DNA from: an uncultured Ignavibacteriaceae bacterium
GTDB lineage: Bacteria; Zixibacteria; MSB-5A5; GN15; PGXB01
Length of the DNA: 64,000 nt
Assembly: GCA_964498015.1 (NCBI GenBank)
Contig: CAZCFT010000001.1
Location: forward strand, 490-64,489
Direction: 5' to 3'
Each line of letters begins with the position of its first letter. Position 1 is the first letter of the stretch. Below, one piece after another: positions 39,130 through 48,062 of this stretch. Position numbers and translations under genes: made by a program. The notes below the pieces were generated by a model. That model saw only the letters and a program-made list of their open reading frames with translations, did not search any database and was not told where the DNA came from.

Positions 39130-40587
39130 ATGACATCAGATGAGATCAGAGTCAGAATTGCGCCGTCGCCGTCAGGGTATCTTCATGTCGGGACAGCGCG
39201 AACAGCGATATTTAATTGGTTATATGCAAGGCAAAAAAAAGGCAAATTTGTTCTGAGAATTGAAGATACCGATAAGAATCGGTCTGATGCAAGTCTTGTC
39301 CAGCCGATTCTCGACGCATTAAAATGGCTTGGAGTTGATTGGGATGAGGGGCCGTATTATCAATCAGAAAGAACCGAAAGATATAAGCCTTATATAGCAA
39401 AATTGCTTGATAGCGGCCATGGCTATCGGTGTTTCTGCACTCCCGAAGAGCTGGCCAGAGAAAGGGAGACTGCTATGGCTGAGAAGAGGGCTCCCAAGTA
39501 TGATCGCAAGTGCCTGCGCAGATCGGAAAGTGAAATCGCAGTATTATTGGACAAGAAAACGCCTTTCGCTATTAGGTTGAAGATACCTGACGGAGTCACC
39601 AGTTATGACGACCTTGTACTCGGATCAATTACCAGAGAGAACGCTGAAATAGAGGATTTGGTTATCAGCCGCGGCGATGGAAGCGCAGTTTATAATATGG
39701 CGGTAGTTGTCGATGATCATGAAATGGGAATTACCCATGTTATTCGAGGAAATGACCATGTCAGCAATACTTTTAAGCAGATTCATATTTATCGCGCTTT
39801 AGGCATCGAACCGCCGAAATTTGCGCATGTCCCATTAATTCTTCGTCCTGACAGGAAAAAGGTTTCCAAGCGGCTGGGAGATAAGGATGTCGCAGAGTAC
39901 GGAAAGGAAGGGATTTTACCGGAGGCGCTTTTCAATTTTCTGTGTCTCTTAGGTTGGTCGCCGAAAGATGATAGGGAATTCCTCCGGCGCGAAGAATTGA
40001 TTGACTTATTTGTTTTGAAAAATGTCAATCCGGCCAATCCAATTTTTAACGAGGAAAAGCTACTGGCCATTAACAAGCTTTATATCAAGGGATATCCGGA
40101 TCATAGGCTGGCTGAGATGGTGGCGCCGCTTTATGTGGCCGCCGGATTTACGACCAAATACTGGTTGGAAACCCGTTGGAGTTATCTGTTGAAGATTGTC
40201 GCCCTGCTGAAAGAACGTTGTCGGCGGATGACAGATTTTGTTTCTTTGGGCGAATATTTTTTCCATTCGGAGTACAAATATGATCCGGAGGCCGCGAGTA
40301 AGGCTTTCACTCCAGAGGCGGCCAGTATTTTGCTGAAGCTTTCTGAGAAATTTTCCCCGATAGATGATTTTACAAAGGAGAATCTTGAAACGGCTCTTAA
40401 TGGCCTTGCGGCAGAACTCGGTATAAAGAAGGGAATTATTATTCATCCCACCAGGCTGGCGGTATCGGGAATTTCTGTTGGTCCAGGTCTATATGATATA
40501 CTTGAAACGCTGGGAAAGACAGAAGTATTGCATAGACTTCAGCGAGCTATTAATTATATTGCTGACAGCGGTAAAAAAGGAGGATGA
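39130..40587 (+). CDS. gltX: Glutamate--tRNA ligase
   Basis: HIGH-type motif PSGYLHVGTART, KMSKS-type motif KVSKRL, 485 aa. Confidence 0.95.
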   Translation: MTSDEIRVRIAPSPSGYLHVGTARTAIFNWLYARQKKGKFVLRIEDTDKNRSDASLVQPILDALKWLGVDWDEGPYYQSERTERYKPYIAKLLDSGHGYRCFCTPEELARERETAMAEKRAPKYDRKCLRRSESEIAVLLDKKTPFAIRLKIPDGVTSYDDLVLGSITRENAEIEDLVISRGDGSAVYNMAVVVDDHEMGITHVIRGNDHVSNTFKQIHIYRALGIEPPKFAHVPLILRPDRKKVSKRLGDKDVAEYGKEGILPEALFNFLCLLGWSPKDDREFLRREELIDLFVLKNVNPANPIFNEEKLLAINKLYIKGYPDHRLAEMVAPLYVAAGFTTKYWLETRWSYLLKIVALLKERCRRMTDFVSLGEYFFHSEYKYDPEAASKAFTPEAASILLKLSEKFSPIDDFTKENLETALNGLAAELGIKKGIIIHPTRLAVSGISVGPGLYDILETLGKTEVLHRLQRAINYIADSGKKGG

Positions 40588-40591
40588 GATT

Positions 40592-40753
40592 ATGGATAAA
40601 AAGAGCCAGTTGGAAAAAGAGATCAGAGAATTGGAAAAGAAGTTAGATAAAGATCATTTCGGAGAGCTGTTTAACAAGGCTCAGCACAAGAAGGATATTA
40701 ACCACCTACAGAAATTGAAAAAGGAACTGGAGATGTTGAAAGGGAAGAAGTAG
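40592..40753 (+). CDS. Small Lys/Glu-rich coiled-coil protein (53 aa), hypothetical
   Basis: ATG 40592 is preceded by AAAGGAGG at 8-nt spacing. MDKKSQLEKEIRELEKKLDK... The ORF-track version (40478) is an out-of-context upstream extension inside gltX. Confidence 0.4.
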   Translation: MDKKSQLEKEIRELEKKLDKDHFGELFNKAQHKKDINHLQKLKKELEMLKGKK

Positions 40754-40785
40754 GATTATGTATTTCCAATTATAGGAGCAATTGA

Positions 40786-41289
40786 ATGAATAAAGAAATC
40801 TTTCGCGATAAGGGGACGCTTATCAAGGCGGGTATTAAAGGGGAAGAAGATGGATATATGTTTTATGGTCTGCTTGCGGAAAAGGCCTCTAAGGTTGACG
40901 TTAAATTAAGATTGGAGCATCTCCGTGACGATGAAAAGCGACACAAGGCCATTCTTACTAATTTATATCGCAAGCATGTCGGCGGAGAACCGGTCGACTT
41001 GCCGGAAAAAGGGATTGGGCCGCTGGATAAGGTATTTGAAAAGGGGAAGTTGAAGAAGCTTAAATCGGAAATGGAATATATTAATCTGGCGATTGAAGCA
41101 GAACTGGCCGCGACCAATTTTTATAAGGAGGGACAAGCAGTCGTTGACGACAAGGAATTTAAAGATATTCTACATCAGTTGTCAGAAGAAGAAAACAGTC
41201 ACTATGAAATATTGAAGGCGGAGAGAGAGGCATTGACCGGGAATTATTTCTGGTTCTCCACGGATGGCAGCTCTCACATGGAATATTAG
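40786..41289 (+). CDS. Rubrerythrin-like ferritin-fold diiron protein lacking the rubredoxin domain
   Basis: 167 aa with two ExxH half-sites in four-helix-bundle context (GEEDGYMFY..DDEKRHKAIL; IEAELAATNFY..EEENSHYEIL). Confidence 0.8.
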   Translation: MNKEIFRDKGTLIKAGIKGEEDGYMFYGLLAEKASKVDVKLRLEHLRDDEKRHKAILTNLYRKHVGGEPVDLPEKGIGPLDKVFEKGKLKKLKSEMEYINLAIEAELAATNFYKEGQAVVDDKEFKDILHQLSEEENSHYEILKAEREALTGNYFWFSTDGSSHMEY

Positions 41290-41307
41290 GACAGAATAGG
41301 AGCGAAT

Positions 41308-41418
41308 ATGGAATGGGTATGTTCGGTCTGCGGGTATGTCCATACGGATGATTCCCCTCCGGAAAACTGCCCTATATGCGGGGCGCCGTCGGACAGATTT
41401 TCGAAAAGCAATGAATAG
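41308..41418 (+). CDS. Stand-alone rubredoxin-like CxxC...CxxC mini-protein (36 aa), not in the ORF track
   Basis: MEWVCSVCGYVHTDDSPPENCPICGAPSDRFSKSNE. AGGAG lies 5 nt upstream of the ATG. The sequence resembles the C-terminal Fe(Cys)4 domain of rubrerythrins. Confidence 0.6.
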   Translation: MEWVCSVCGYVHTDDSPPENCPICGAPSDRFSKSNE

Positions 41419-41432
41419 CGGAGTAGTCACTC

Positions 41433-41918
41433 ATGCTGAATATATTTGATGCAAATTTGAGAGTGGGAAAGAAAGCCCCCGATTTCGCGCTTCCTTCACA
41501 TATTGGCGGGAAGGTCAGGTTATTGGATTTTCGGGGCAAAAAAAATGTTCTTCTCGCTTTCTATCCGATGGATTGGACTCCAGTCTGAACCAATCAGATG
41601 CCGGCTTACGAACGAGATTCAGAGCGGTTCGATAAGCTGGAAACTCAGGTTCTGAGTATATCGGTTGACTCGATTCCCTGCCATCAAGCCTGGCAGAAAA
41701 CGCTTGGGGGAATTTCGTTCCCAATTCTCTCTGATTATTGGCCTCATGGGAAAGTCTCTAAACGATACGGGGTATTGACAGATTCCGGTTATTGTGAAAG
41801 GGTAATATTCATCATCGATAAAGAGGGTATTATCCGATATATCGAGAATGTAGGGTTGAAGAATTTGCCGGATAATGAGAAGGCATTTAAGGCGCTGGAA
41901 GAAATAAATGGAGTATAA
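41433..41918 (+). CDS. Peroxiredoxin (AhpC/TSA-BCP family) with in-frame UGA at the peroxidatic position; probable selenoprotein (alternative: pseudogene or sequencing error)
   Basis: A single frame from ATG 41433 reads ...VGKKAPDFALPSHIGGKVRLLDFRGKKNVLLAFYPMDWTPV[TGA 41586-41588]TNQMPAYERDSERFDKLETQVLSISVDS... The stop sits where the family has FYPxDxTPVC. A SECIS-like hairpin follows. The ORF track shows only 41598..41918. Confidence 0.7.
41601..41640 (+). promoter_or_regulatory. SECIS-like stem-loop 12 nt downstream of the in-frame UGA
   Basis: CCGGCTTACGAAC / GTTCG(A)TAAGCTGG: 13 bp with one bulged A and one G-U, closing the 13-nt loop GAGAUUCAGAGCG, which lies 25-40 nt after the UGA. 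Confidence 0.55.
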
Positions 41919-42062
41919 AGCGGCGGGTATATCGAGGCAAGAATATCAGGATGTTATTTACGACCGTGGGGGTGGATTCGGCGCCTGACCTCTATTTTCT
42001 CACCTGCCTTTTTGCAAATATGAATCGTATATCGGTTGAATGTTATTTTGTTGGATAGATAG

Positions 42063-43142
42063 ATGTTTTACGCATTACCAAAGGAATATCGGGAAGCCCA
42101 AAATGCGGATCTTCAGGGGCGAATAACGGCGGCCAAGGAGCGACTTGGAAAGCGCTCTATTATTCTGACCCATCATTATCAGCGGATTGAGATAGTGGAA
42201 TTGGGAGACGCGGTAGGGGATTCCTACGGGCTCTCAAAAATTGCGGCTTCACGCGGCGATGTGGAATATATATTTTTCTGCGGCGTGCATTTCATGGCCG
42301 AAGCGGCGGATATTCTTTCTAAAGATCATCAGAAAGTTTATCTTCCCAACCCGCTTGCGGGATGTCCGATGGCGGATATGGCGGAGATGGCTGATGTTTT
42401 CGAGGCATGGGAAGTACTAAAGAATTTCGGGGGCGAAGACAGAATCATGCCTATTTCATATATGAACTCCGCGGCGGGATTGAAAGCTTTTTGCGGCAAA
42501 TTTGGGGGGCTAATCTGTACGTCGTCTAATGCCGATGCCGCTTACAAATACGGGTTTGAGCGAAGGGAGAAGCTATTCTTCTTCCCTGACCAGCATTTGG
42601 GATATAATACAGGGATCAAATTCGGTCTGAAATCGGAAGATATGGTTATATGGGACTTTTCCCGTGAGATGGGGGGATTAACCGAAGAGCAATTGAACCG
42701 GGCAAAAGTTATCCTGTGGAAAGGCCATTGTCATGTTCATACGAATTTCAGAGCCGAACATGTGAATGAAGTTCGCGACAAATATCCGGGGGCGAAAATA
42801 GTGGTTCATCCGGAGTGCCCACCTGAAGTGGTATCGCGGGCCGATGCAGTCGGGTCAACCAGCTTCATAGTTAAGTATGTCGAATCCCAGCCGCCCGGTT
42901 CTATAATTGCCATTGGGACAGAGATAAATCTGATAAATAGGCTGGCAGTCTATCATCCGGAAATGAAGATATTTGAATTATCGGGTCAGACTTGCCCAGT
43001 ATGCGCGAACATGTACCGTACGACGCTAAACGATCTGGCGTACAGCATGGAGCATTTCATGGATTTGGGACCGGTGACGGTTCCTGAAGAGACCAAGAAA
43101 TATGCTCTTATCGCGCTTGAGCGGATGCTTGAAGTGCATTGA
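42063..43142 (+). CDS. nadA: Quinolinate synthase
   Basis: 359 aa with THHYQ, GCPMADMA, VVHPECP and CPVCANM Fe-S ligand contexts. Confidence 0.93.
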   Translation: MFYALPKEYREAQNADLQGRITAAKERLGKRSIILTHHYQRIEIVELGDAVGDSYGLSKIAASRGDVEYIFFCGVHFMAEAADILSKDHQKVYLPNPLAGCPMADMAEMADVFEAWEVLKNFGGEDRIMPISYMNSAAGLKAFCGKFGGLICTSSNADAAYKYGFERREKLFFFPDQHLGYNTGIKFGLKSEDMVIWDFSREMGGLTEEQLNRAKVILWKGHCHVHTNFRAEHVNEVRDKYPGAKIVVHPECPPEVVSRADAVGSTSFIVKYVESQPPGSIIAIGTEINLINRLAVYHPEMKIFELSGQTCPVCANMYRTTLNDLAYSMEHFMDLGPVTVPEETKKYALIALERMLEVH

Positions 43143-43192
43143 TTTTGGTTTGGCGGATTTCGAAGCTCCCTGAAAAGCATCGGGATTTCGCC

Positions 43193-44065
43193 CTACAATT
43201 TCCCCTCTGTCAATTTCACAATTACGACGCCTATGATTATCATTCCGCCGCCCGCCCATTCGATTGGAGATGGGAAAGAGCGCAAAATGACGAAGGCGAA
43301 AATGGCGGTGAAAATTGGGGTCGATTGTGAGATTAGGGCGGCTCGTGAGATGTCGATTCTTTTCATGGCCATCTGATAAGTGGCGCGCCCGATAACTGGC
43401 GCCAAGAGGGCGGCAGAGGCTATCAGCAAGAGAGTTCTAATATCCGGCAGGAAAAGAGCTTGGCCCTTGACAAGCAGAATGCCAAATAGTATTGGAATGA
43501 GGAATAGATTGCGGTAAAAAAGGAAGCTCGCTGTACCTATTCTGGCTATATTTTTCTTAATAATTATCTCAGATGATGCAAAAAAAAGAGCAGATAGTAC
43601 CATCAGGGTGGCGCCTTGAGAAATCACGATGTTTGTCCTGTACTTAAGAATAAAGAGTCCCGCCAACGCCACCAGCCCGCCCAAAATTTCCACCGGAGAA
43701 AGCTTCTCTTTCAAAACCATATATGCCAAAGCCACGGTAAAAACTACCTCGAATCTCGAAAGGAAGGAAACTGTCGCCGGTTGCATTATTTTAAGGGCGG
43801 TCATGCCGAACGATAAGGCGATGGCGAAAGCTATTGCGAGAAAGAAGATCAGCGCAAGAAATTTGGGATTCGGCGACGAAATTTCTTTGCGTTTCTCTCG
43901 ACTGGCAAGCGAGGCCGAGGAAAAAATCCAGGCAAAGACAAAAAGATAGAAATTCAGGATTTCGGGAGACAATTTGTCCAGCGCAATTTTCTCTGGAATA
44001 TTGGCCAGCCCGCAGGCGATGGCACAGGTCAGGGCATAGAGATCGCCGAAGCGATTAGATTTCAT
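43193..44065 (-). CDS. EamA/DMT-family transporter
   Basis: 290 aa with about 10 TM helices arranged as two EamA-like repeats. Confidence 0.8.
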   Translation of the reverse strand: MKSNRFGDLYALTCAIACGLANIPEKIALDKLSPEILNFYLFVFAWIFSSASLASREKRKEISSPNPKFLALIFFLAIAFAIALSFGMTALKIMQPATVSFLSRFEVVFTVALAYMVLKEKLSPVEILGGLVALAGLFILKYRTNIVISQGATLMVLSALFFASSEIIIKKNIARIGTASFLFYRNLFLIPILFGILLVKGQALFLPDIRTLLLIASAALLAPVIGRATYQMAMKRIDISRAALISQSTPIFTAIFAFVILRSFPSPIEWAGGGMIIIGVVIVKLTEGKL

Positions 44066-44880
44066 TTATTATTCGAAGGCTGAGATTTGGGATTCTTGCG
44101 GCACTGAATGATATAAATGGCCAGGCCAGTAAGAAAGAGCAATACAGAGATAACCTGATTATAAGTCGCCCCTATTCCCATAAAGGATAACTTCATGTCA
44201 TTCTCGTAATATCTAACATATTCAATAAGATAACGAAAGGTAGCTTCAATTATGAAAAGCAGAGATACGACTTGTCCATCAAACGATTTATGCTTTGATC
44301 TCCAGTGGAGGACCAGAAAGAGGATTAGTCCGTATAGGGAGCTATACAGTTGGGCGGGGTGCAGATGCTCGGCGCCAAAGACGTAGGACGGGATAGAATT
44401 GGGGGGAAAGGAGACTCCCCAGGGGAGGCCAGTCGGCGTCCCAAAACAACAGCCATTGAGAAAGCAACCGACTCTTGTAAATATCAATCCCAGACCAACC
44501 GTGGGGGCAAAGAGGTCGAAAATCTGTAGAACCGAAAGGCGTTTGGACCGGATATACAAATAAGATAATATAACAGCTGTCAATATGCCGCCATAGAGGT
44601 TTAATCCCTGAATTCCGAATTCGCCGGAGTGAAAAGGGTTGATTGCGGAAGACCAGTTGCCGCTAAATTCCTCCAGATGGAAAAGTACATAAAAAAGCCT
44701 GGCGCCGGCGACGCCCCCAAAAATCATGATATAGGAAATCGAAAGGAGTAGGTTAAAATCGATCTTCCTTTTTTTGGATGCCCGGTAGACATAGAAAACT
44801 CCCAGTAAAAAGGAAATGGTCAGCATCAGGCCGTATCCTCGAATGGCGATCGGACCGATTCTAAAAAATTCAGGATACAA
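44062..44880 (-). CDS. lgt: Prolipoprotein diacylglyceryl transferase
   Basis: 272 aa with IRGYGLML, GARLFYV, GRVGCFLNGCCFG and HPAQLY motifs. Confidence 0.92.
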   Translation of the reverse strand: MYPEFFRIGPIAIRGYGLMLTISFLLGVFYVYRASKKRKIDFNLLLSISYIMIFGGVAGARLFYVLFHLEEFSGNWSSAINPFHSGEFGIQGLNLYGGILTAVILSYLYIRSKRLSVLQIFDLFAPTVGLGLIFTRVGCFLNGCCFGTPTGLPWGVSFPPNSIPSYVFGAEHLHPAQLYSSLYGLILFLVLHWRSKHKSFDGQVVSLLFIIEATFRYLIEYVRYYENDMKLSFMGIGATYNQVISVLLFLTGLAIYIIQCRKNPKSQPSNNK

Positions 44881-45781
44881 AAGTCACCGTCCGTTTCTCT
44901 TCCGCCTCCGGAAAATCTATTTTTTGGTCAAATTTTGAATAATATTTCAAGGTTAAGATAATCATCACCGTTCCTATGGCCGCTCCGACCGCCACATCGG
45001 AGATATAATGAAATCTTCCATAGATAGTTCCAAAGGCGAGTCCGATAGTTATGGGTAATAGAGTAAGGCCAAGGGGCCGGATATATTTTAGTGAGTAAAC
45101 CAGAATAACCAGCGCGACTGCGACATGCGATGATGGCATACAGCCCCCATGTATGGCTCCGCCCTCAATCATAAAATTGACCATCGGTCTGAAAATAGGC
45201 CCGCTGATTTCATTCATATACTGTCCGGCAAAATGATAGCGGGGACCTTCAATCGGGTAAAGATAAAATAGAATATATGAAGCAAAAAAGGTCAGGCAGA
45301 TCGCAGTCAGGGCCTGCCTGATTTCATAATATTTTTTCAGGAAGAACATGGGAAGCAGAAAAATCGGCAGTAGGAAATAATATGAGAAATATGAAAAGCT
45401 TAGGATTTCGGTGATCCAGGTTCTAATCAGATGGCGGTCGAGCCACAGGGTTGGTTCTATGCCGAGGATTCTGGCCTCAAAAGCAACGAGTTGACTGTCA
45501 AAGAAATTGGAGAAGAAGAGTTTCATCAAGCCGCCGGTTTGTTCATAAAAAATAGTGAAGAGGAGGGCCGGATAAAAGAATCGGATAAGAAGCAGAATCC
45601 TATTCTTGGGATCGCGGATAAGTTTAACAATTAAGGATACAATGATTAGCATCCCAAAATTCACGACCAGTGGCTCATAGTACATTTCAAGAGGACGGCC
45701 AAAGATCAGAATTAGAGCGGAGAGCAAAATGATATAGAAATAGATTATGACGTCAAAGGGGTAGATTCGGCCTTTAGTCAT
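44870..45781 (-). CDS. PAP2-superfamily membrane phosphatase/phosphotransferase
   Basis: 303-aa polytopic protein with PAP2 C2/C3 motifs PSSHVA and GRFHYISDVAVG. Confidence 0.75.
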   Translation of the reverse strand: MTKGRIYPFDVIIYFYIILLSALILIFGRPLEMYYEPLVVNFGMLIIVSLIVKLIRDPKNRILLLIRFFYPALLFTIFYEQTGGLMKLFFSNFFDSQLVAFEARILGIEPTLWLDRHLIRTWITEILSFSYFSYYFLLPIFLLPMFFLKKYYEIRQALTAICLTFFASYILFYLYPIEGPRYHFAGQYMNEISGPIFRPMVNFMIEGGAIHGGCMPSSHVAVALVILVYSLKYIRPLGLTLLPITIGLAFGTIYGRFHYISDVAVGAAIGTVMIILTLKYYSKFDQKIDFPEAEEKRTVTFVS

Positions 45782-46490
45782 AACGCCCTTTCTTCAATTT
45801 CTCAGAGCCTGCCACAACAAGGACTATTTCTCCTTTGATATTTCTTGAATTTATGACAGCGAGAATTTCTGAAAGATGACCGCGTATGAATTCCTCGTAG
45901 ATTTTGGAAATCTCGCGGGCCAGACAGGCGGAGCGATCCCCCAAGACTTCAAGCATGTCGGAGACAGTTTTTTCGACGCGAAAAGGGGATTCATAGAAAA
46001 TAAGGGTATGTTCGAGACCTTTTAGTTTTTCCAAACGATTCTTTCGAGCGCCTGATTTGTTCGGCAAGAAACCCTCAAAGAAAAATCTGTCGAGCGGCAG
46101 TCCGGAGCCTGTCAATGCTGGAATAAGAGCATTGGCTCCGGGGAGAGGGGAGACGGCGATGTTATTATTTATGGCGGCTCGAATTATTCTAAAGGCCGGA
46201 TCGGAAAGCCCGGGCGAACCGGCATCGGTGACAACTGAGACATTTCCGCCCCCTTGTAATACTTCTATGAGTAACGGCAAGCGCGCCTGCTCGTTAAAAT
46301 CATGATAGCTGACCATTCTCTTTTTTATTCCGAGAAGAGATAGTAATTTCCCGGTGACTCTTGTGTCTTCACAGGCGACAAGCTCTGAAATTTTTAATGT
46401 ATCAATCGCGCGCTGAGTAATATCGCCGAGATTGCCGATGGGGGTCGGCACCAGAAAAAGTTTGCCTGTCGATGAGTCTTTGTCAGTCAT
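45774..46490 (-). CDS. rsmI: 16S rRNA (cytidine1402-2'-O)-methyltransferase
   Basis: LFLVPTPIGNLGDIT, ACEDTR and SDAGSPGLSDPG-like (TDAGSPGLSDPAF) motifs. Confidence 0.92.
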   Translation of the reverse strand: MTDKDSSTGKLFLVPTPIGNLGDITQRAIDTLKISELVACEDTRVTGKLLSLLGIKKRMVSYHDFNEQARLPLLIEVLQGGGNVSVVTDAGSPGLSDPAFRIIRAAINNNIAVSPLPGANALIPALTGSGLPLDRFFFEGFLPNKSGARKNRLEKLKGLEHTLIFYESPFRVEKTVSDMLEVLGDRSACLAREISKIYEEFIRGHLSEILAVINSRNIKGEIVLVVAGSEKLKKGRYD

Positions 46491-46495
46491 CTAAA

Positions 46496-47320
46496 TCATA
46501 CAATCGTTATTTTGTCGGGGATTGGCTTCAGCCCAGTATCAGCGCCTTCTGCAAGATGCCGCTTGAAATACGATCCATTCAGCAGTGAAACGGCTCGATC
46601 AATGAAGTGGTCTTCAAAGCCGGCGCCATTTAATTTGTTTCTATCAGTTATACCGTTATCGATCATCATCTGCAGAAGGCGATCGACCTTTTCGTATTCG
46701 AGGCCTAATTCATCCTCATCGGTCTGACCCGGCCAAAGATCGGCGGTTGGAGTTTTTTCTATGATTGCCATTGCTATCCCATAATGCTGAGCCAAACGCC
46801 GGACATCGGTTTTATATAGCATACCTATTGGATTCACCGAGCAAGCGATATCGCCATACCAAGTGCCGTAACCGAGGCAGATCTCGGTGCGGTTGGAAGT
46901 TCCCAGCACAAGAGCTTTGCGTTCGAAAGCCTTATCAAATAGAATCGACATCCGCTCTCGTGCCATCTTATTGCCCCCGCGTATTGGGTCGATTGCGCTC
47001 ATATCGGGGAAATAAGCATCAATCATGGGGGAAATATCGATTTTTTCAATCCTGATACCGAATTGGGCGGCGAATTCGAGAGCGTCTTTTTCTGAACTTT
47101 CGGACGAGCGAGAATATGGCATGATAAGGCCATAGACTCTGTCCGCTCCGACCGCTTTGGCGGCAATAGCGGCAGACAGCGAGGAATCAATCCCGCCAGA
47201 CAAGCCAATTACAAATCCTTTGAGCCCGGATTCTCTCAATTTTCCGGTTAGAAACCTCTCGAGAATTAAGGCAATATCCAGCGTATCCAGATTGGGCATA
47301 TTCATAATCTTACCTCGCAA
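46496..47320 (-). CDS. nadE: Ammonia-dependent NAD(+) synthetase
   Basis: PP-loop GLSGGIDSS, 274 aa, NadE C-terminal pattern (PTADLWPGQTDEDELG). Confidence 0.92.
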   Translation of the reverse strand: MRGKIMNMPNLDTLDIALILERFLTGKLRESGLKGFVIGLSGGIDSSLSAAIAAKAVGADRVYGLIMPYSRSSESSEKDALEFAAQFGIRIEKIDISPMIDAYFPDMSAIDPIRGGNKMARERMSILFDKAFERKALVLGTSNRTEICLGYGTWYGDIACSVNPIGMLYKTDVRRLAQHYGIAMAIIEKTPTADLWPGQTDEDELGLEYEKVDRLLQMMIDNGITDRNKLNGAGFEDHFIDRAVSLLNGSYFKRHLAEGADTGLKPIPDKITIV

Positions 47321-47388
47321 AAAATCGGTCTCAAAATAATACTACATTGGATGCTCAACAAGCAAAAAAGATATTAGCGCCTTTCGAA

Positions 47389-47417
47389 TTGACAGCCCCG
47401 AATCTCCGTTTTATATT
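47389..47417 (+). promoter_or_regulatory. Sigma70-type promoter for ssb
   Basis: TTGACA-N17-TATATT read directly. It lies 36 nt upstream of ssb ATG 47454, which has GGAAAGGTGG as its SD. Confidence 0.55.
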
Positions 47418-47453
47418 AAGCGGCACAATCTATTGCAAAAGGAAAGGTGGATT

Positions 47454-47873
47454 ATGGCCGGTGTAAACAAAGTCATTTTAATAGGAAATCTGGGAAAAGA
47501 CCCCGATCTCCGCTATACCCCCGGTGGGCAGGCGGTGGCGTCGTTTTCGCTTGCCACATCGGAGAAATGGCGGGATAAGGAAGGGATTATGCAGGATAAG
47601 ACTGAATGGCATAATATTGTCCTTTGGGGAAGGCAAGCAGAACTGGCGAAGGAATATCTGGCGAAAGGGCGGCAAGTTTATATCGAGGGGAGGATTCAGA
47701 CCAGGAGCTGGGATGATAAGGATGGCAACAAGAGATATATCACGGAAGTGGTTGGACAGAGGATGCAGTTCCTCGGCGCCAAGGGGGGAGCGGAGAAGGA
47801 GACGCCGACAGGCGATGCTCCAGAGCCTCCGGTCGGGGATATAGGCGCGGAAGCGGATGATTTGCCGTTTTGA
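47454..47873 (+). CDS. ssb: Single-stranded DNA-binding protein
   Basis: [25 protein letters not shown].. OB fold, Gly/Pro-rich linker, and an acidic tip ending DDLPF. The ORF track starts at TTG 47433. Confidence 0.93.
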   Translation: MAGVNKVILIGNLGKDPDLRYTPGGQAVASFSLATSEKWRDKEGIMQDKTEWHNIVLWGRQAELAKEYLAKGRQVYIEGRIQTRSWDDKDGNKRYITEVVGQRMQFLGAKGGAEKETPTGDAPEPPVGDIGAEADDLPF

Positions 47874-48062
47874 TGATGTTGCTGAAGTGAAAACCTCAGA
47901 GCAAGGGGGCGTATGGCAATGCGCCCTTGCAAGAAGCCATTTTGGACCCGCTCAATCGTAAGTTGAGAAGTTTCGCGGGGTCTCGGCTCCGCTTTGGCGG
48001 AGATGTGACCCTGCGACAGCAATTCTTGGGCTAGGGGTCGAAATAATATTATTATAAAATCT

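Noticed and set aside
41586-41588. The possibility that TGA is reassigned genome-wide (code 4 or 25), which would change all ORF calls.
   Set aside because: Many well-conserved genes in the window end at their expected C-termini on TGA, including the PEBP gene at 1196, pgpH at 7120, glnA at 10503 and the tamB-like gene at 52273. No other conserved gene needs read-through.
41624-41636. A GGTTCGA string resembling a tRNA T-loop.
   Set aside because: It lies inside the peroxiredoxin coding frame. It has no acceptor, D or anticodon arms around it and is part of the SECIS-like stem. No tRNA-like cloverleaf was found in any intergenic region.
41598-41918. The 106-aa ORF listed in the track as an independent gene (MPAYERD...).
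   Set aside because: It is the C-terminal two-thirds of a peroxiredoxin and has no active-site region of its own. The same frame is open upstream to ATG 41433 apart from one TGA at the catalytic position, so it is better explained as part of a Sec-containing (or disrupted) full-length gene.
41919-42062. A possible NAD+ (nadA-motif) riboswitch upstream of nadA. T-box, TPP and purine leaders upstream of aspS, dxs and the pur genes were also considered.
   Set aside because: I could not find the conserved bulged-stem core I recall for the nadA motif (an ACANCCCC-like element) in the 144-nt spacer. aspS lacks a T-box sequence, and dxs and the pur genes have no leaders at all because they sit inside operons.
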